IMG/VR virus record: IMGVR_UViG_3300045988_171512
Length of the DNA stretch: 34,572 nt
Reading direction: 5' to 3' (one strand)
Source: a virus
Below are positions 34,428 to 34,572 of the stretch, piece after piece. The position numbers and the translations under genes are program-made. Under the pieces are notes generated by a model. The model was not told where the DNA came from and made no database searches. It worked only from the letters and a program-made list of their open reading frames with translations. Position 1 is the stretch's first letter; every line of letters starts with the position of its first letter.

Positions 34428-34572
34428 TTTTTCTCTTAATTCTCTTACACTCAAGTTATAACTTTCTATTATAGATATATAGTAATTAATTTCATTATAA
34501 TAATTCATATCATCCTCCTAACTTATTACATAATCTCTTGTATATATCCTATTATCACTAGAATATTCTATA

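Noticed and set aside
1-34572. CRISPR array, retron, restriction-modification or classic toxin-antitoxin operon
   Set aside because: No regularly spaced repeats, reverse transcriptase, methylase or recognised toxin-antitoxin pair was found by eye; the 67-aa RHH-like gene has no adjacent same-strand toxin.

Overview
The window holds a complete, AT-rich, HK97-type siphovirus prophage (about 33.5 kb; low-GC Firmicutes-like host, standard genetic code). It is integrated at the 3' end of a tRNA-Arg(TCT) gene. A 17-bp direct repeat, TCCACCAGGACACCACT, marks both ends (attL 821-837, attR 34374-34390). Nearly everything between 2.3 and 31.2 kb is on the minus strand: lysis, tail, head, packaging, a second tyrosine recombinase, an early region rich in orphan genes, and replication genes. 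A CI-like repressor, an ImmA/IrrE-like peptidase, an unusual protein and the integrase are on the plus strand. Observations beyond routine annotation: (1) a TM2 - zinc ribbon - DEDDh exonuclease fusion between the immunity genes and the integrase; (2) a minus-strand small-RNA candidate at 33.0-33.1 kb with a TTTACA-N17-TATAAT promoter, a 5' hairpin and a strong terminator; (3) a plus-strand small-RNA candidate at 30.4-30.5 kb inside the leftward early operon; (4) a divergent promoter switch at 2.0 kb, with paired TAGTACTA palindromes inside both promoter spacers, controlling a 67-aa regulator candidate and a membrane-anchored glucosaminidase; (5) a textbook -1 frameshift signal (A_AAA_AAC, 7-nt spacer, 9-bp stem) in the tail assembly chaperone gene; (6) a late-operon control region with three 10-bp iterons, a promoter candidate and a promoter-proximal terminator; (7) several small, mostly membrane-protein ORFs absent from the ORF track; (8) a phage-supplied terminator replacing the displaced host tRNA terminator. 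Family names are from recognition of sequence motifs by eye; no database search was run.
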